Assembly: GCA_964016885.1 (NCBI GenBank)
Contig: OZ024746.1
Location: forward strand, 50,406,001 to 50,470,000
Source: Eledone cirrhosa
Lineage: Eukaryota
Length of the DNA stretch: 64,000 bases
Direction of reading: 5' to 3'
Shown here: positions 8,991 through 23,645 of the stretch, in pieces
Position numbering within the stretch: position 1 is the first letter of the stretch
Layout: each line of letters opens with the position of its first letter
Program-made: the position numbers and the translations under genes
Notes under the pieces: generated by a model
Databases searched by the model: none
What the model was told of the DNA's origin: nothing
Seen by the model: only the letters and a program-made list of their open reading frames with translations

Positions 8991-11900
8991 TTTAGGTTTT
9001 TCACAAATTGATCATTTTACACAGTATTTCGAAAAATTGTTTTTTTTCAGAAAAGTTTGATTTATTTTCGATTTCGAAAATTGATATATATTATGTATTT
9101 TTCAAAAATTTTTCAACGTGTCGAAACACGATGTATAAACGCATTATTTTGAAAAAAACATTTTTTCCAAATACTGTGTAAAATGATCAATTAGTGAAAA
9201 ACCGAAAAAAATCAATTTTAGATACCAGAAGTAAATATTTCGAAATGTATAAAAAAATTGATTATTTTAGGTTTTTCACAAATTGATCATTTTACACAGT
9301 ATTTCGAAAAATTGTTTTTTTTCAGAAAAGATTGATTTTTTTCTTTCGAAATATATACTTTCTGATTTCAAAAATTGATATATATTTTGTATTTTTCAAA
9401 AATTTTTCAACGTGTCGAAACACAATGTATAAACGCATTTTTTTTAAAAAAAACATTTTTTCCAAATACTTTGTAAAATGATCGATTTGTGAAAAACCCC
9501 AAAAAATCAATTTTAGATATCAGAAGTAAATATTTCGAAATGTATAAAAAAATTGATTATTTTAGGTTTTTCACAAATTGATCATTTTACACAGTATTTC
9601 GAAAAATTGTTTTTTTTCAAAAAAGTGATTTTTTTTCGATTTCGAAAATTGATATGTATTTTGTATTTTTCAAAAATTTTTCAACGTGTCGAAACACAAC
9701 GTATAAACGCATTTTTTAAAAAAAAAACATTTTTTCTAAATATTGTGTAAAGGTGAAAAACCTAAAAAAAATCAATTTTAGATATCAGAAGTAAATATTT
9801 CGAAATGTATAAAACAATTGATTATTTTAGGTTTCTCACAAATTGATAATTTTACACAGTATTTCGAAAAATTGTTTTTTTTCAAAAAAGTTTGATTTTT
9901 TTTCGATTTCGAAAATTGATATATATTTTGTATTTTTCAAAAATTTTTCAACGTGTCGAAACAATGTAAAAACGCATATTTTTGAAAAAAAACATTTTTT
10001 CCAAATATTGTGTAAAGTGATCAATTTGTGAAAAACCTAAAAATATCAATTTTAGATACCAGAACTAAATATTTCGAAATGTATAAAAAAATTGATTATT
10101 TTAGGTTTTTCACAAATTGATCATTTTACACAGTATTTCGAAAAATTGTTTTTTTTCAGAAAAGATTGATTTTTTTTCTTTCGAAATATATACTTTCTGA
10201 TTTCAAAAATTGATATATATTTTGTATTTTTCAATAATTTTTCAACGTGTCGAAACACGATGTATAAACGCATTTTTTTGAAAAAAAACATTTTTTCTAA
10301 ATACTGTGTAAAATGATCAATTTGTGAAAAACCGAAAAAAATCAATTTAGAAATCAGAAGTAAATATTTCGAAATGTATAAAAGATTGATTATTTTAGGT
10401 TTTTCAGAAATTGATCATTTTACACAGTATTTCGAAAAATTGTTTTTTTTCAGAAAAGTTTGATTTATTTTCGATTTAGAAAATTGATATATATTTTGTA
10501 TTTTTCAAAAATTTTTCAACGTGTCGAAACACAATGTATAAACGCATTTTTTTTAAAAAAAACATTTTTTCTAAATATTGTGTAATGTGATCGATTTGTG
10601 AAAAACCCAAAAAAATCAATTTTAGATATCAGAAGTAAATATTTCGAAATGTATAAAAAAATTGATTATTTTAGGTTTTTCACAAATTGATCATTTTACA
10701 CAGTATTTCGAAAAATTGTTTTTTTTCAAAAAAGTCATTTTTTTTCGATTTCGAAAATTGATATGTATTTTGTATTTTTCAAAAATTTTTCAACGTGTCG
10801 GAACACGATGAATAAACGCATTATTTTGAAAAAAAACATTTTTTCCAAATATTGTGTAAAGTGATCAATTTGTGAAAAACCTAAAAATATCAATTTTAGA
10901 TACCAGAACTAAATATTTCGAAATGTATAAACAAATTGATTATTTTAGGTTTTTCACAAATTGATCATTTTACGCAGTATTTCGAAAAATTGTTTTTTTT
11001 CAAAAAAGTGATTTTTTTTCGATTTCGAAAATTGATATGTATTTTGTATTTTTCAAAAATTTTTCAACATGTCGAAACACAACGTATAAACGCATTTTTT
11101 TAAAAAAAAACATTTTTTCTAAATATTGTGTAAAGGTGAAAAACCTAAAAAAATCAATTTTAGATATCAGAAGTAAATATTTCGAAATGTATAAAAAAAT
11201 TGATTATTTTAGGTTTTTCACAAATTGATCATTTTACACAGTATTTCGAAAAATTGTTTTTTTTCAAAAAAGTTTGATTTTTTTTCGATTTCGAAAATTG
11301 ATATATATTTTGTATTTTTCAATAATTTTTCAACGTGTCGAAACACGATGTATAAACGCATTTTTTTGAAAAAAAACATTTTTTCTAAATACTGTGTAAA
11401 ATGATCAATTTGTGAAAAACCGAAAAAAATCAATTTTAGAAATCAGAAGTAAATATTTCGAAATGTATAAAAAATTGATTATTTTAGGTTTTTCACAAAT
11501 TGATCATTTTACACAGTATTTCGAAAAATTGTTTTTATTCAGAAAAGATTGAATTTTTATCTTTCTGATTTCGAAAATTGATATATATTTTGTATTTTTC
11601 AAAAATTTTTCAACGTGTCGAAACACAATGTATAAACGCATTTTTTTGAAAAAAAACATTTTTTCCAAATACTGTGTAAAATGATCAATTTGTGAAAAAC
11701 CGAAAAAAATCAATTTTAGAAATCAGAAGTAAATATTTCTAAATGTATAAAAAATTGATTATTTTAGGTTTTTCACAAATTGATCATTTTACACAGTATT
11801 TCGAAAAATTGTTTTTTTTCAGAAAAGTTTGATTTATTTTCGATTTCGAAAATTGATATATATTTTGTATTTTTCAAAACTTTTTCAACGTGTCGAAACA

Positions 11901-12326
11901 ATGTAAAAACGCATATTTTTGAAAAAAAACATTTTTTCCAAATATTGTGTAAAGTGATCAATTTGTGAAAAACCTAAAAATATCAATTTTAGATACCAGA
12001 ACTAAATATTTCGAAATGTATAAAAAAATTGATTATTTTAGGTTTTTCACAAATTGATCATTTTACACAGTATTTCGAAAAATTGTTTTTTTTCAGAAAA
12101 GATTGATTTTTTTTCTTTCGAAATATATACTTTCTGATTTCGAAAATTGATATATATTTTGTATTTTTCAAAAATTTTTCAACGTGTCGAAACACAATGT
12201 AAAAACGCATATTTTTGAAAAAAAACATTTTTTCCAAATACTGTGTAAAATGATCAATTTGTGAAAAACCGAAAAAAAATCAATTTTAGAAATCAGAAGT
12301 AAGTATTTTGAAATGTATAAAAAAAT

Positions 12327-13946
12327 TGATTATTTTAGGTTTTTCACAGATCGATCATTTTACACAGTATTTCGAAAAATTGTTTTTTTTTCAAAAAAGT
12401 GATCTTTTTTCGATTTCGAAAATTGATATGTATTTTGTAAAATTGTTTTTTTTCAGAAAAGATTGATTTTTTTCTTTCGAAATATATACTTTCTGATTTC
12501 GAAAATTGATATATATTTTGTATTTTTCAAAAATTTTTCAACGTGTCGAAACACGATGTATAAACGCATTTTTTTGAAAAAAAACATTTTTTCTAAATAC
12601 TGTGTAAAATGATCAATTTGTGAAAAACCGAAAAAAATCAATTTAGAAATCAGAAGTAAATATTTCGAAATGTATAAAAGATTGATTATTTTAGGTTTTT
12701 CAGAAATTGATCATTTTACACAGTATTTCGAAAAATTGTTTTTTTTCAGAAAAGTTTGATTTATTTTCGATTTAGAAAATTGATATATATTTTGTATTTT
12801 TCAAAAATTTTTCAACGTGTCGAAACACAATGTATAAACGCATTTTTTAAAAAAAAAACATTTTTTCTAAATATTGTGTAATGTGATCGATTTGTGAAAA
12901 ACCCAAAAAAATCAATTTTAGATATCAGAAGTAAATATTTCGAAATGTATAAAAAAATTGATTATTTTAGGTTTTTCACAAATTGATCATTTTACACAGT
13001 ATTTCGAAAAATTGTTTTTTTTCAAAAAAGTGATCTTTTTTCGATTTCGAAAATTGATATGTATTTTGTAAAATTGTTTTTTTTCAGAAAAGATTGATTT
13101 TTATCTTTCGAAATATATACTTTCTGATTTCGAAAATTGATATATATTTTGTATTTTTCAATAATTTTTCAACGTGTCGAAACACGATGTATAAACGCAT
13201 TTTTTTGAAAAAAAACATTTTTTCTAAATACTGTGTAAAATGATCAATTTGTGAAAAACCGAAAAAAATCAATTTAGAAATCAGAAGTAAATATTTCGAA
13301 ATGTATAAAAGATTGATTATTTTAGGTTTTTCAGAAATTGATCATTTTACACAGTATTTCGAAAAATTGTTTTTTTTCAGAAAAGTTTGATTTATTTTCG
13401 ATTTAGAAAATTGATATATATTTTGTATTTTTCAAAAATTTTTCAACGTGTCGAAACACAATGTATAAACGCATTTTTTAAAAAAAAAACATTTTTTCTA
13501 AATATTGTGTAATGTGATCGATTTGTGAAAAACCCAAAAAAATCAATTTTAGATATCAGAAGTAAATATTTCGAAATGTATAAAAAAATTGATTATTTTA
13601 GGTTTTTCACAAATTGATCATTTTACACAGTATTTCGAAAAATTGTTTTTTTTCAAAAAAGTGATCTTTTTTCGATTTCGAAAATTGATATGTATTTTGT
13701 AAAATTGTTTTTTTTCAGAAAAGATTGATTTTTATCTTTCGAAATATATACTTTCTGATTTCGAAAATTGATATATATTTTGTATTTTTCAAAAATTTTT
13801 CAACGTGTCGAAACACAATGTAAAAACGCATATTTTTGAAAAAAAACATTTTTTCCAAATATTGTGTAAAGTGATCAATTTGTGAAAAACCTAAAAATAT
13901 AAATGTTAGATACCAGAACTAAATATTTCGAAATGTATAAAAAAAT
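12327..13946. repeat. 631-bp dimer (B/C chimera + A') repeated about 2.5 times
   Basis: The junction GTATTTTGT-AAAATTGTTTTTTTTCAGAAAAG occurs at ~12438, ~13069 and ~13700. ORFs 12453/13084 are offset 631. Confidence 0.88.
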
Positions 13947-16900
13947 TGATTATTTTAGGTTTTTCACAAATTGATCATTTTACACAGTATTTCGAAAAAT
14001 TGTTTTTTTTCAGAAAAGATTGATTTTTTTTCTTTCGAAATATATACTTTCTGATTTCAAAAATTGATATATATTTTGTATTTTTCAAAAATTTTTCAAC
14101 GTGTCGAAACACAATGCATAAACGCATTTTTTAAAAAAAAACATTTTTTCTAAATACTTTGTAAAATGATCGATTTGTGAAAAACCCCAAAAAATCAATT
14201 TTAGATATCAGAAGTAAATATTTCGAAATGTATAAAAAAATTGATTATTTTAGGTTTTTCACAAATTGATCATTTTACGCAGTATTTCGAAAAATTGTTT
14301 TTTTCAAAAAAGATTGATTTTTTTTCTTTCGAAATATATACTTTCTGATATCGAAAATTGATATATATTTTGTATTTTTCAAAAATTTTTCAACGTGTCG
14401 AAACACGATGAATAAACGCATTATTTTGAAAAAAAACATTTTTTCCAAATATTGTGTAAAGTAATCAATTTGTGAAAAACCTAAAAATATCAATTTTAGA
14501 TACCAGAAGTAAATATTTCGAAATGTATAAAAAAATTGATTATTTTAGGTTTTTCGCAAATTGATCATTTTACACAGTATTTCGAAAAATTGTTTTTTTT
14601 CAAAAAAGTCATTTTTTTTCGATTTCGAAAATTGATATGTATTTTGTATTTTTCAAAAATTTTTCAACGTGTCGAAACACAACGTATAAACGCATTTTTA
14701 AAAAAAAAAACATTTTTACTAAATATTGTGTAAAGGTGAAAAACCTAAAAAAATCAATTTTAGATATCAGAAGTAAATATTTCGAAATGTATAAAAAAAT
14801 TGATTATTTTAGGTTTTTCACAAATTGATCATTTTACACAGTATTTCGAAAAATTGTTTTTTTTCAAAAAAGTTTGATTTTTTTTCGATTTCGAAAATTG
14901 ATATATATTTTGAATTTTTCAAAAATTTTTCAACGTGTCGAAACACGATGAATAAACGCATAATTTTGAAAAAAAACATTTTTTCCAAATATTGTGTAAA
15001 GTGATCAATTTGTGAAAAACCTAAAAATATCAATTTTAGATACCAGAAGTAAATATTTCGAAATGTATAAAAAAATTGATTATTTTAGGTTTTTCACAAA
15101 TTGATCATTTTACACAGTATTTCGAAAAATTGTTTTTTTTCAAAAAAGTGATTTTTTTTCGATTTCGAAAATTGATATGTATTTTGTATTTTTCAAAAAT
15201 TTTTCAACGTGTCGAAACACAACGTATAAACGCATTTTTTTTAAAAAAAACATTTTTTCTAAATATTGTGTAAAGGTGAAAAACCTAAAAAAATCAATTT
15301 TAGATATCAGAAGTAAATATTTCGAAATGTATAAAAAAATTGATTATTTTAGGTTTTTCACAAATTCATCATTTTACACAGTATTTCGAAAAATTGTTTT
15401 TTTTCAAAAAAGTTTGATTTTTTTTCGATTTCGAAAATTGATATATATTTTGTATTTTTCAAAAATTTTTCAACGTGTCGAAACAATGTATAAACGCATT
15501 TTTTTAAAAAAAAACATTTTTTCTAAATACTGTGTAAAATGATCAATTTGTGAAAAACCGAAAAAAATCAATTTTAGAAATCAGAAGTAAATATTTCGAA
15601 ATGTATAAAAAATTGATTATTTTAGGTTTTTCACAAATTGATCATTTTACACAGTATTTCGAAAAATTGTTTTTTTTCAGAAAAGTTTGATTTATTTTCG
15701 ATTTAGAAAATTGATATATATTTTGTATTTTTCAAAAGTTTTTCAACGTGTCGAAACACAATGTATAAACGCATTTTTTAAAAAAAAAACATTTTTTCTA
15801 AATATTGTGTAAAGTGATCGATTTGTGAAAAACCCAAAAAAAATCAATTTTAGATATCAGAAGTAAATATTTCGAAATGTATAAAAAAATTGATTATTTT
15901 AGGTTTTTCACAAATTGATCATTTTACACAGTATTTCGAAAAATTGTTTTTTTTCAAAAAAGTGATTTTTTTTCGATTTCGAAAATCGATATGTATTTTG
16001 TATTTTTCAAAAATTTTTCAACGTGTCGAAACACAACATATAAACGCATTTTTTAAAAAAAAAACATTTTTTCTAAATATTGTGTAAAGGTGAAAAACCT
16101 AAAAAAATCAATTTTAGATATCAGAAGTAAATATTTCGAAATGTATAAAAAAATTGATTATTTTAGGTTTTTCACAAATTGATCATTTTACACAGTATTT
16201 CGAAAAATTGTTTTTTTTCAGAAAAGTTTGATTTATTTTCCATTTAGAAAATTGATATATATTTTGTATTTTTCAAAAGTTTTTCAACGTGTCGAAACAC
16301 AATGTATAAACGCATTTTTTTAAAAAAAAACATTTTTTCTAAATATTGTGTAAAGTGATCGATTTGTGAAAAACCCAAAAAAATCAATTTTAGATATCAG
16401 AAGTAAATATTTCGAAATGTATAAAAAAATTGATTATTTTAGGTTTTTCACAAATTGATCATTTTACACAGTATTTCGAAAAATTGTTTTTTTTCAAAAA
16501 AGTTTGATTATTTTAGGTTTTTCACAAATTGATCATTTTACACAGTATTTCGAAAAATTGTTTTTTTTCAAAAAAGTGATTTTTTTTCGATTTCGAAAAT
16601 TGATATGTATTTTGTATTTTTCAATAATTTTTCAAAGTGTCGAAACACGATAAAAAACATTTTTTCTAAAAATGATCAATTTGTGAAAAACCGAAAAAAA
16701 TCAATTTTAGAAATCAGAAGTAAATATTTCGAAATGTATAAAAAAATTGATTATTTTAGGTTTTTCACAAATTGATCATTTTACACAGTATTTCGAAAAA
16801 TTGTTTTTATTCAGAAAAGATTGAATTTTTATCTTTCTGATTTCGAAAATTGATATATATTTTTTATTTTTCAAAAATTTTTCAACGTGTCGAAACACAA

Positions 16901-19900
16901 TGTATAAACGCATTTTTTGGAAAAAAAACATTTTTTCCAAATACTGTGTAAAATGATCAATTTGTGAAAAACCGAAAAAAATCAATTTTAGAAATCAGAA
17001 GTAAATATTTCGAAATGTATAAAAAATTGATTATTTTAGGTTTTTCACAAATTGATCATTTTACACAGTATTTCGAAAAATTGTTTTTTTTCAGAAAAGA
17101 TTGATTTTTTTCTTTCGAAATATATACTTTCTGATTTCGAAAATTGATATATATTTTGTATTTTTCAAAAATTTTTCAACGTGTCGAAACACAATGTATA
17201 AACGCATTATTTTGAAAAAAAACATTTTTTCCAAATATTGTGTAAAGTGATCAATTTGTGAAAAACCTAAAAATATCAATTTTAGATACCAGAACTAAAT
17301 ATTTCGAAATGTATAAAAAAATTGATTATTTTAGGTTTTTCACAAATTGATCATTTTACACAGTATTTCGAAAAATTGTTTTTTTTCAGAAAAGATTGAT
17401 TTTTTTTCTTTCGAAATATATACTTTCTGATTTCAAAAATTGATATATATTTTGTATTTTTCAAAAATTTTTCAACGTGTCGAAACAATGTAAAAACGCA
17501 TATTTTTGAAAAAAAACATTTTTTCCAAATACTGTGTAAAATGATCAATTTGTGAAAAACCGAAAAAAATCAATTTTAGAAATCAGAAGTAAATATTTTG
17601 AAATGTATAAAAAAATTGATTATTTTAGGTTTTTCACAGATCGATCATTTTACACAGTATTTCGAAAAATTGTTTTTTTTTCAAAAAAGTGATCTTTTTT
17701 CGATTTCGAAAATTGATATGTATTTTGTAAAATTGTTTTTTTTCAGAAAAGATTGATTTTTTTCTTTCGAAATATATACTTTCTGATTTCGAAAATTGAT
17801 ATATATTTTGTATTTTTCAAAGATTTTTCAACGTGTCGAAACACGATGAATAAACGCATTATTTTGAAAAAAAACATTTTTTCCAAATATTGTGTAAAGT
17901 GATCAATTTGTGAAAAACCTAAAAATATCAATTTTAGATACCAGAAGTAAATCTTTCGAAATGTATAAAAAAATTGATTATTTTAGGTTTTTCACAAATT
18001 GATCATTTTACACAGTATTTCGAAAAATTGTTTTTTTTCAAAAAAGTTTGATTTTTTTTCGATTTCGAAAATTGATATATATTTTGTATTTTTCAAAAAT
18101 TTTTCAACGTGTCGAAACACAATGTATAAACGCATTTTTTTGAAAAAAAACATTTTTTCCAAATACTGTGTAAAATGATCAATTTGTGAAAAACCGAAAA
18201 AAATCAATTTTAGAAATCAGAAGTAAATATTTCTAAATGTATAAAAAATTGATTATTTTAGGTTTTTCACAAATTGATCATTTTACACAGTATTTCGAAA
18301 AATTGTTTTTTTTCAGAAAAGTTTGATTTATTTTCGATTTCGAAAATTGATATATATTATGTATTTTTCAAAAATTTTTCAACGTGTCGAAACACGATGT
18401 ATAAACGCATTATTTTGAAAAAAACATTTTTTCCAAATACTGTGTAAAATGATCAATTAGTGAAAAACCGAAAAAAATCAATTTTAGATACCAGAAGTAA
18501 ATATTTCGAAATGTATAAAAAAATTGATTATTTTAGGTTTTTCACAAATTGACCATTTTACACAGTATTTCGAAAAATTGTTTTTTTTCAAAAAAGTGAT
18601 TTTTTTTCGATTTCGAAAATTGATATGTATTTTGTATTTTTCAAAAATTTTTCAACGTGTCGAAACACAACGTATAAACGCATTTTTTTAAAAAATAACA
18701 TTTTTTCTAAATATTGTGTAAAGGTGAAAAACCTAAAAAAATCAATTTTAGATATCAGAAGTAAATATTTCGAAATGTATAAAAAAATTGATTATTTTAG
18801 GTTTCTCACAAATTGATCATTTTACACAGTATTTCGAAAAATTGTTTTTTTTCAAAAAAGTTTGATTTTTTTTTCGATTTCGAAAATTGATATATATTTT
18901 GTATTTTTCAAAACTTTTTCAACGTGTCGAAACAATGTAAAAACGCATATTTTTGAAAAAAAACATTTTTTCCAAATATTGTGTAAAGTGATCAATTTGT
19001 GAAAAACCTAAAAATATCAATTTTAGATACCAGAACTAAATATTTCGAAATGTATAAAAAAATTGATTATTTTAGGTTTTTCACAAATTGATCATTTTAC
19101 ACAGTATTTCGAAAAATTGTTTTTTTTCAGAAAAGATTGATTTTTTTTCTTTCGAAATATATACTTTCTGATTTCGAAAATTGATATATATTTTGTATTT
19201 TTCAAAAATTTTTCAACGTGTCGAAACACAATGTAAAAACGCATATTTTTGAAAAAAAACATTTTTTCCAAATACTGTGTAAAATGATCAATTTGTGAAA
19301 AACCGTAAAAAAATCAATTTTAGAAATCAGAAGTAAATATTTTGAAATGTATAAAAAAATTGATTATTTTAGGTTTTTCACAAATTGATCATTTTACACA
19401 GTATTTCGAAAAATTGTTTTTTTTCAAAAAAGTGATTTTTTTTCGATTTCGAAAATTGATATGTACTTTGTATTTTTCAAAAATTTTTCAACGTGTCGAA
19501 GCACAACGTATAAACGCATTTTTTTAAAAAAAAACATTTTTTCTAAATATTGTGTAAAAGTGAAAAACCTAAAAAAATCAATTTTAGATATCAGAAGTAA
19601 ATATTTCGAAATGTATAAAAAAATTGATTATTTTAGGTTTTTCACAAATTGATCATTTTACACAGTATTTCGAAAAATTGTTTTTTTTCAAAAAAGTTTG
19701 ATTTTTTTTCGATTTCGAAAATTGATATATATTTTGTATTTTTCAATAATTTTTCAACGTGTCGAAACACGATGTATAAACGCATTTTTTTGAAAAAAAA
19801 CATTTTTTCTAAATACTGTGTAAAATGATCAATTTGTGAAAAACCGAAAAAAATCAATTTAGAAATCAGAAGTAAATATTTCGAAATGTATAAAAGATTG

Positions 19901-21923
19901 ATTATTTTAGGTTTTTCAGAAATTGATCATTTTACACAGTATTTCGAAAAATTGTTTTTTTTCAGAAAAGTTTGATTTATTTTCGATTTAGAAAATTGAT
20001 ATATATTTTGTATTTTTAAAAAATTTTTCAACCTGTCGAAACACAATGTATAAACGCATTTTTTTAAAAAAAAACATTTTTTCTAAATATTGTGTAATGT
20101 GATCGATTTGTGAAAAACCCAAAAAAATCAATTTTAGATATCAGAAGTAAATATTTCGAAATGTATAAAAAAATTGATTATTTTAGGTTTTTCACAAATT
20201 GATCATTTTACACAGTATTTCGAAAAATTGTTTTTTTTCAAAAAAGTGATTTTTTTTCGATTTCGAAAATTGATATGTATTTTGTATTTTTCAATAATTT
20301 TTCAACGTGTCGAAACACGATGTATAAACGCATTTTTTTGAAAAAAAACATTTTTTCCAAATACTGTGTAAAATGATCAATTTGTGAAAAACCGAAAAAA
20401 ATCAATTTTAGAAATCAGAAGTAAATATTTTGAAATGTATAAAAATATTGATTATTTTAGGTTTTGATCATTTTACACAGTATTTCGAAAAATTGTTTTT
20501 TTCAAAAAAGATTGATTTTTTTTCTTTCGAAATATATACTTTCTGATATCGAAAATTGATATATATTTTGTATTTTTCAAAAATTTTTCAACGTGTCGAA
20601 ACACGATGAATAAACGCATTATTTTGAAAAAAACCATTTTTTCCAAATATTATGTAAAGTGATCAATTTGTGAAAAACCTAAAAATATCAATTTTAGATA
20701 CCAGAACTAAATATTTCGAAATGTATAAAAAAATTGATTATTTTAGGTTTTTCACAAATTGATCATTTTACACAGTATTTCGAAAAATTGTTTTTTTTCA
20801 AAAAAGTGATCTTTTTTCGATTTCGAAAATTGATATGTATTTTGTAAAATTGTTTTTTTTCAGAAAAGATTGATTTTTATCTTTCGAAATATATACTTTC
20901 TGATTTCGAAAATTGATATATATTTTGTATTTTTCAAAAATTTTTCAACGTGTCGAAACACGATGAATAAACGCATTATTTTGAAAAAAAACATTTTTTC
21001 CAAATATTGTGTAAAGTGATCAATTTGTGAAAAACCTAAAAATATCAATTTTAGATACCAGAAGTAAATATTTCGAAATGTATAAAAAAATTGATTATTT
21101 TAGGTTTTTCACAAATTGATCATTTTACGCAGTATTTCGAAAAATTGTTTTTTTCAAAAAAGATTGATTTTTTTTCTTTCGAAATATATACTTTCTGATA
21201 TCGAAAATTGATATATATTTTGTATTTTTCAAAAATTTTTCAACGTGTCGAAACACGATGAATAAACGCATTATTTTGAAAAAAAACATTTTTTCCAAAT
21301 ATTGTGTAAAGTGATCAATTTGTGAAAAACCTAAAAATATCAATTTTAGATACCAGAAGTAAATATTTCGAAATGTATAAAAAAATTGATTATTTTAGGT
21401 TTTTCACAAATTGATCATTTTACACAGTATTTCGAAAAATTGTTTTTTTTCAAAAAAGTCATTTTTTTTCGATTTCGAAAATTGATATGTATTTTGTATT
21501 TTTCAAAAATTTTTCAACGTGTCGAAACACAACGTATAAACGCATTTTTAAAAAAAAAAACATTTTTACTAAATATTGTGTAAAGGTGAAAAACCTAAAA
21601 AAATCAATTTTAGATATCAGAAGTAAATATTTCGAAATGTATAAAAAAATTGATTATTTTAGGTTTTTCACAAATTGATCATTTTACACAGTATTTCGAA
21701 AAATTGTTTTTTTTCAAAAAAGTTTGATTTTTTTTCGATTTCGAAAATTGATATATATTTTGAATTTTTCAAAAATTTTTCAACGTGTCGAAACAATGTA
21801 TAAACGCATTTTTTTAAAAAAAAACATTTTTTCTAAATACTGTGTAAAATGATCAATTTGTGAAAAACCGAAAAAAATCAATTTTAGAAATCAGAAGTAA
21901 ATATTTCGAAATGTATAAAAAAA

Positions 21924-23645
21924 TTGATTATTTTAGGTTTTTCACAAATTGATCATTTTACACAGTATTTCGAAAAATTGTTTTTTTTCAAAAAAGTGAT
22001 TTTTTTTCGATTTCGAAAATCGATATGTATTTTGTATTTTTCAAAAATTTTTCAACGTGTCGAAACACAACATATAAACGCATTTTTTAAAAAAAAAACA
22101 TTTTTTCTAAATATTGTGTAAAGGTGAAAAACCTAAAAAAATCAATTTTAGATATCAGAAGTAAATATTTCGAAATGTATAAAAAAATTGATTATTTTAG
22201 GTTTTTCACAAATTGATCATTTTACACAGTATTTCGAAAAATTGTTTTTTTTCAAAAAAGTTTGATTATTTTAGGTTTTTCACAAATTGATCATTTTACA
22301 CAGTATTTCGAAAAATTGTTTTTTTTCAAAAAAGTGATTTTTTTTCGATTTCGAAAATTGATATGTATTTTGTATTTTTCAATAATTTTTCAAAGTGTCG
22401 AAACACGATAAAAAACATTTTTTCTAAAAATGATCAATTTGTGAAAAACCGAAAAAAATCAATTTTAGAAATCAGAAGTAAATATTTCGAAATGTATAAA
22501 AAAATTGATTATTTTAGGTTTTTCACAAATTGATCATTTTACACAGTATTTCGAAAAATTGTTTTTATTCAGAAAAGATTGAATTTTTATCTTTCTGATT
22601 TCGAAAATTGATATATATTTTTTATTTTTCAAAAATTTTTCAACGTGTCGAAACACAATGTATAAACGCATTTTTTGGAAAAAAAACATTTTTTCCAAAT
22701 ACTGTGTAAAATGATCAATTTGTGAAAAACCGAAAAAAATCAATTTTAGAAATCAGAAGTAAATATTTCTAAATGTATAAAAAATTGATTATTTTAGGTT
22801 TTTCACAAATTGATCATTTTACACAGTATTTCGAAAAATTGTTTTTTTTCAAAAAAGTGATTTTTTTTCGATTTCGAAAATCGATATGTATTTTGTATTT
22901 TTCAAAAATTTTTCAACGTGTCGAAACACAACATATAAACGCATTTTTTAAAAAAAAAACATTTTTTCTAAATATTGTGTAAAGGTGAAAAACCTAAAAA
23001 AATCAATTTTAGATATCAGAAGTAAATATTTCGAAATGTATAAAAAAATTGATTATTTTAGGTTTTTCACAAATTGATCATTTTACACAGTATTTCGAAA
23101 AATTGTTTTTTTTCAAAAAAGTTTGATTATTTTAGGTTTTTCACAAATTGATCATTTTACACAGTATTTCGAAAAATTGTTTTTTTTCAAAAAAGTGATT
23201 TTTTTTCGATTTCGAAAATTGATATGTATTTTGTATTTTTCAATAATTTTTCAAAGTGTCGAAACACGATAAAAAACATTTTTTCTAAAAATGATCAATT
23301 TGTGAAAAACCGAAAAAAATCAATTTTAGAAATCAGAAGTAAATATTTCGAAATGTATAAAAAAATTGATTATTTTAGGTTTTTCACAAATTGATCATTT
23401 TACACAGTATTTCGAAAAATTGTTTTTATTCAGAAAAGATTGAATTTTTATCTTTCTGATTTCGAAAATTGATATATATTTTTTATTTTTCAAAAATTTT
23501 TCAACGTGTCGAAACACAATGTATAAACGCATTTTTTGGAAAAAAAACATTTTTTCCAAATACTGTGTAAAATGATCAATTTGTGAAAAACCGAAAAAAA
23601 TCAATTTTAGAAATCAGAAGTAAATATTTCTAAATGTATAAAAAA
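21924..23645. repeat. 861-bp tandem duplication
   Basis: The AAATCGATATG/ACAACATATA B monomer, 74-bp half-monomer, short B and D occur twice in the same order. ORFs 22534/23395 are offset 861. Confidence 0.88.
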
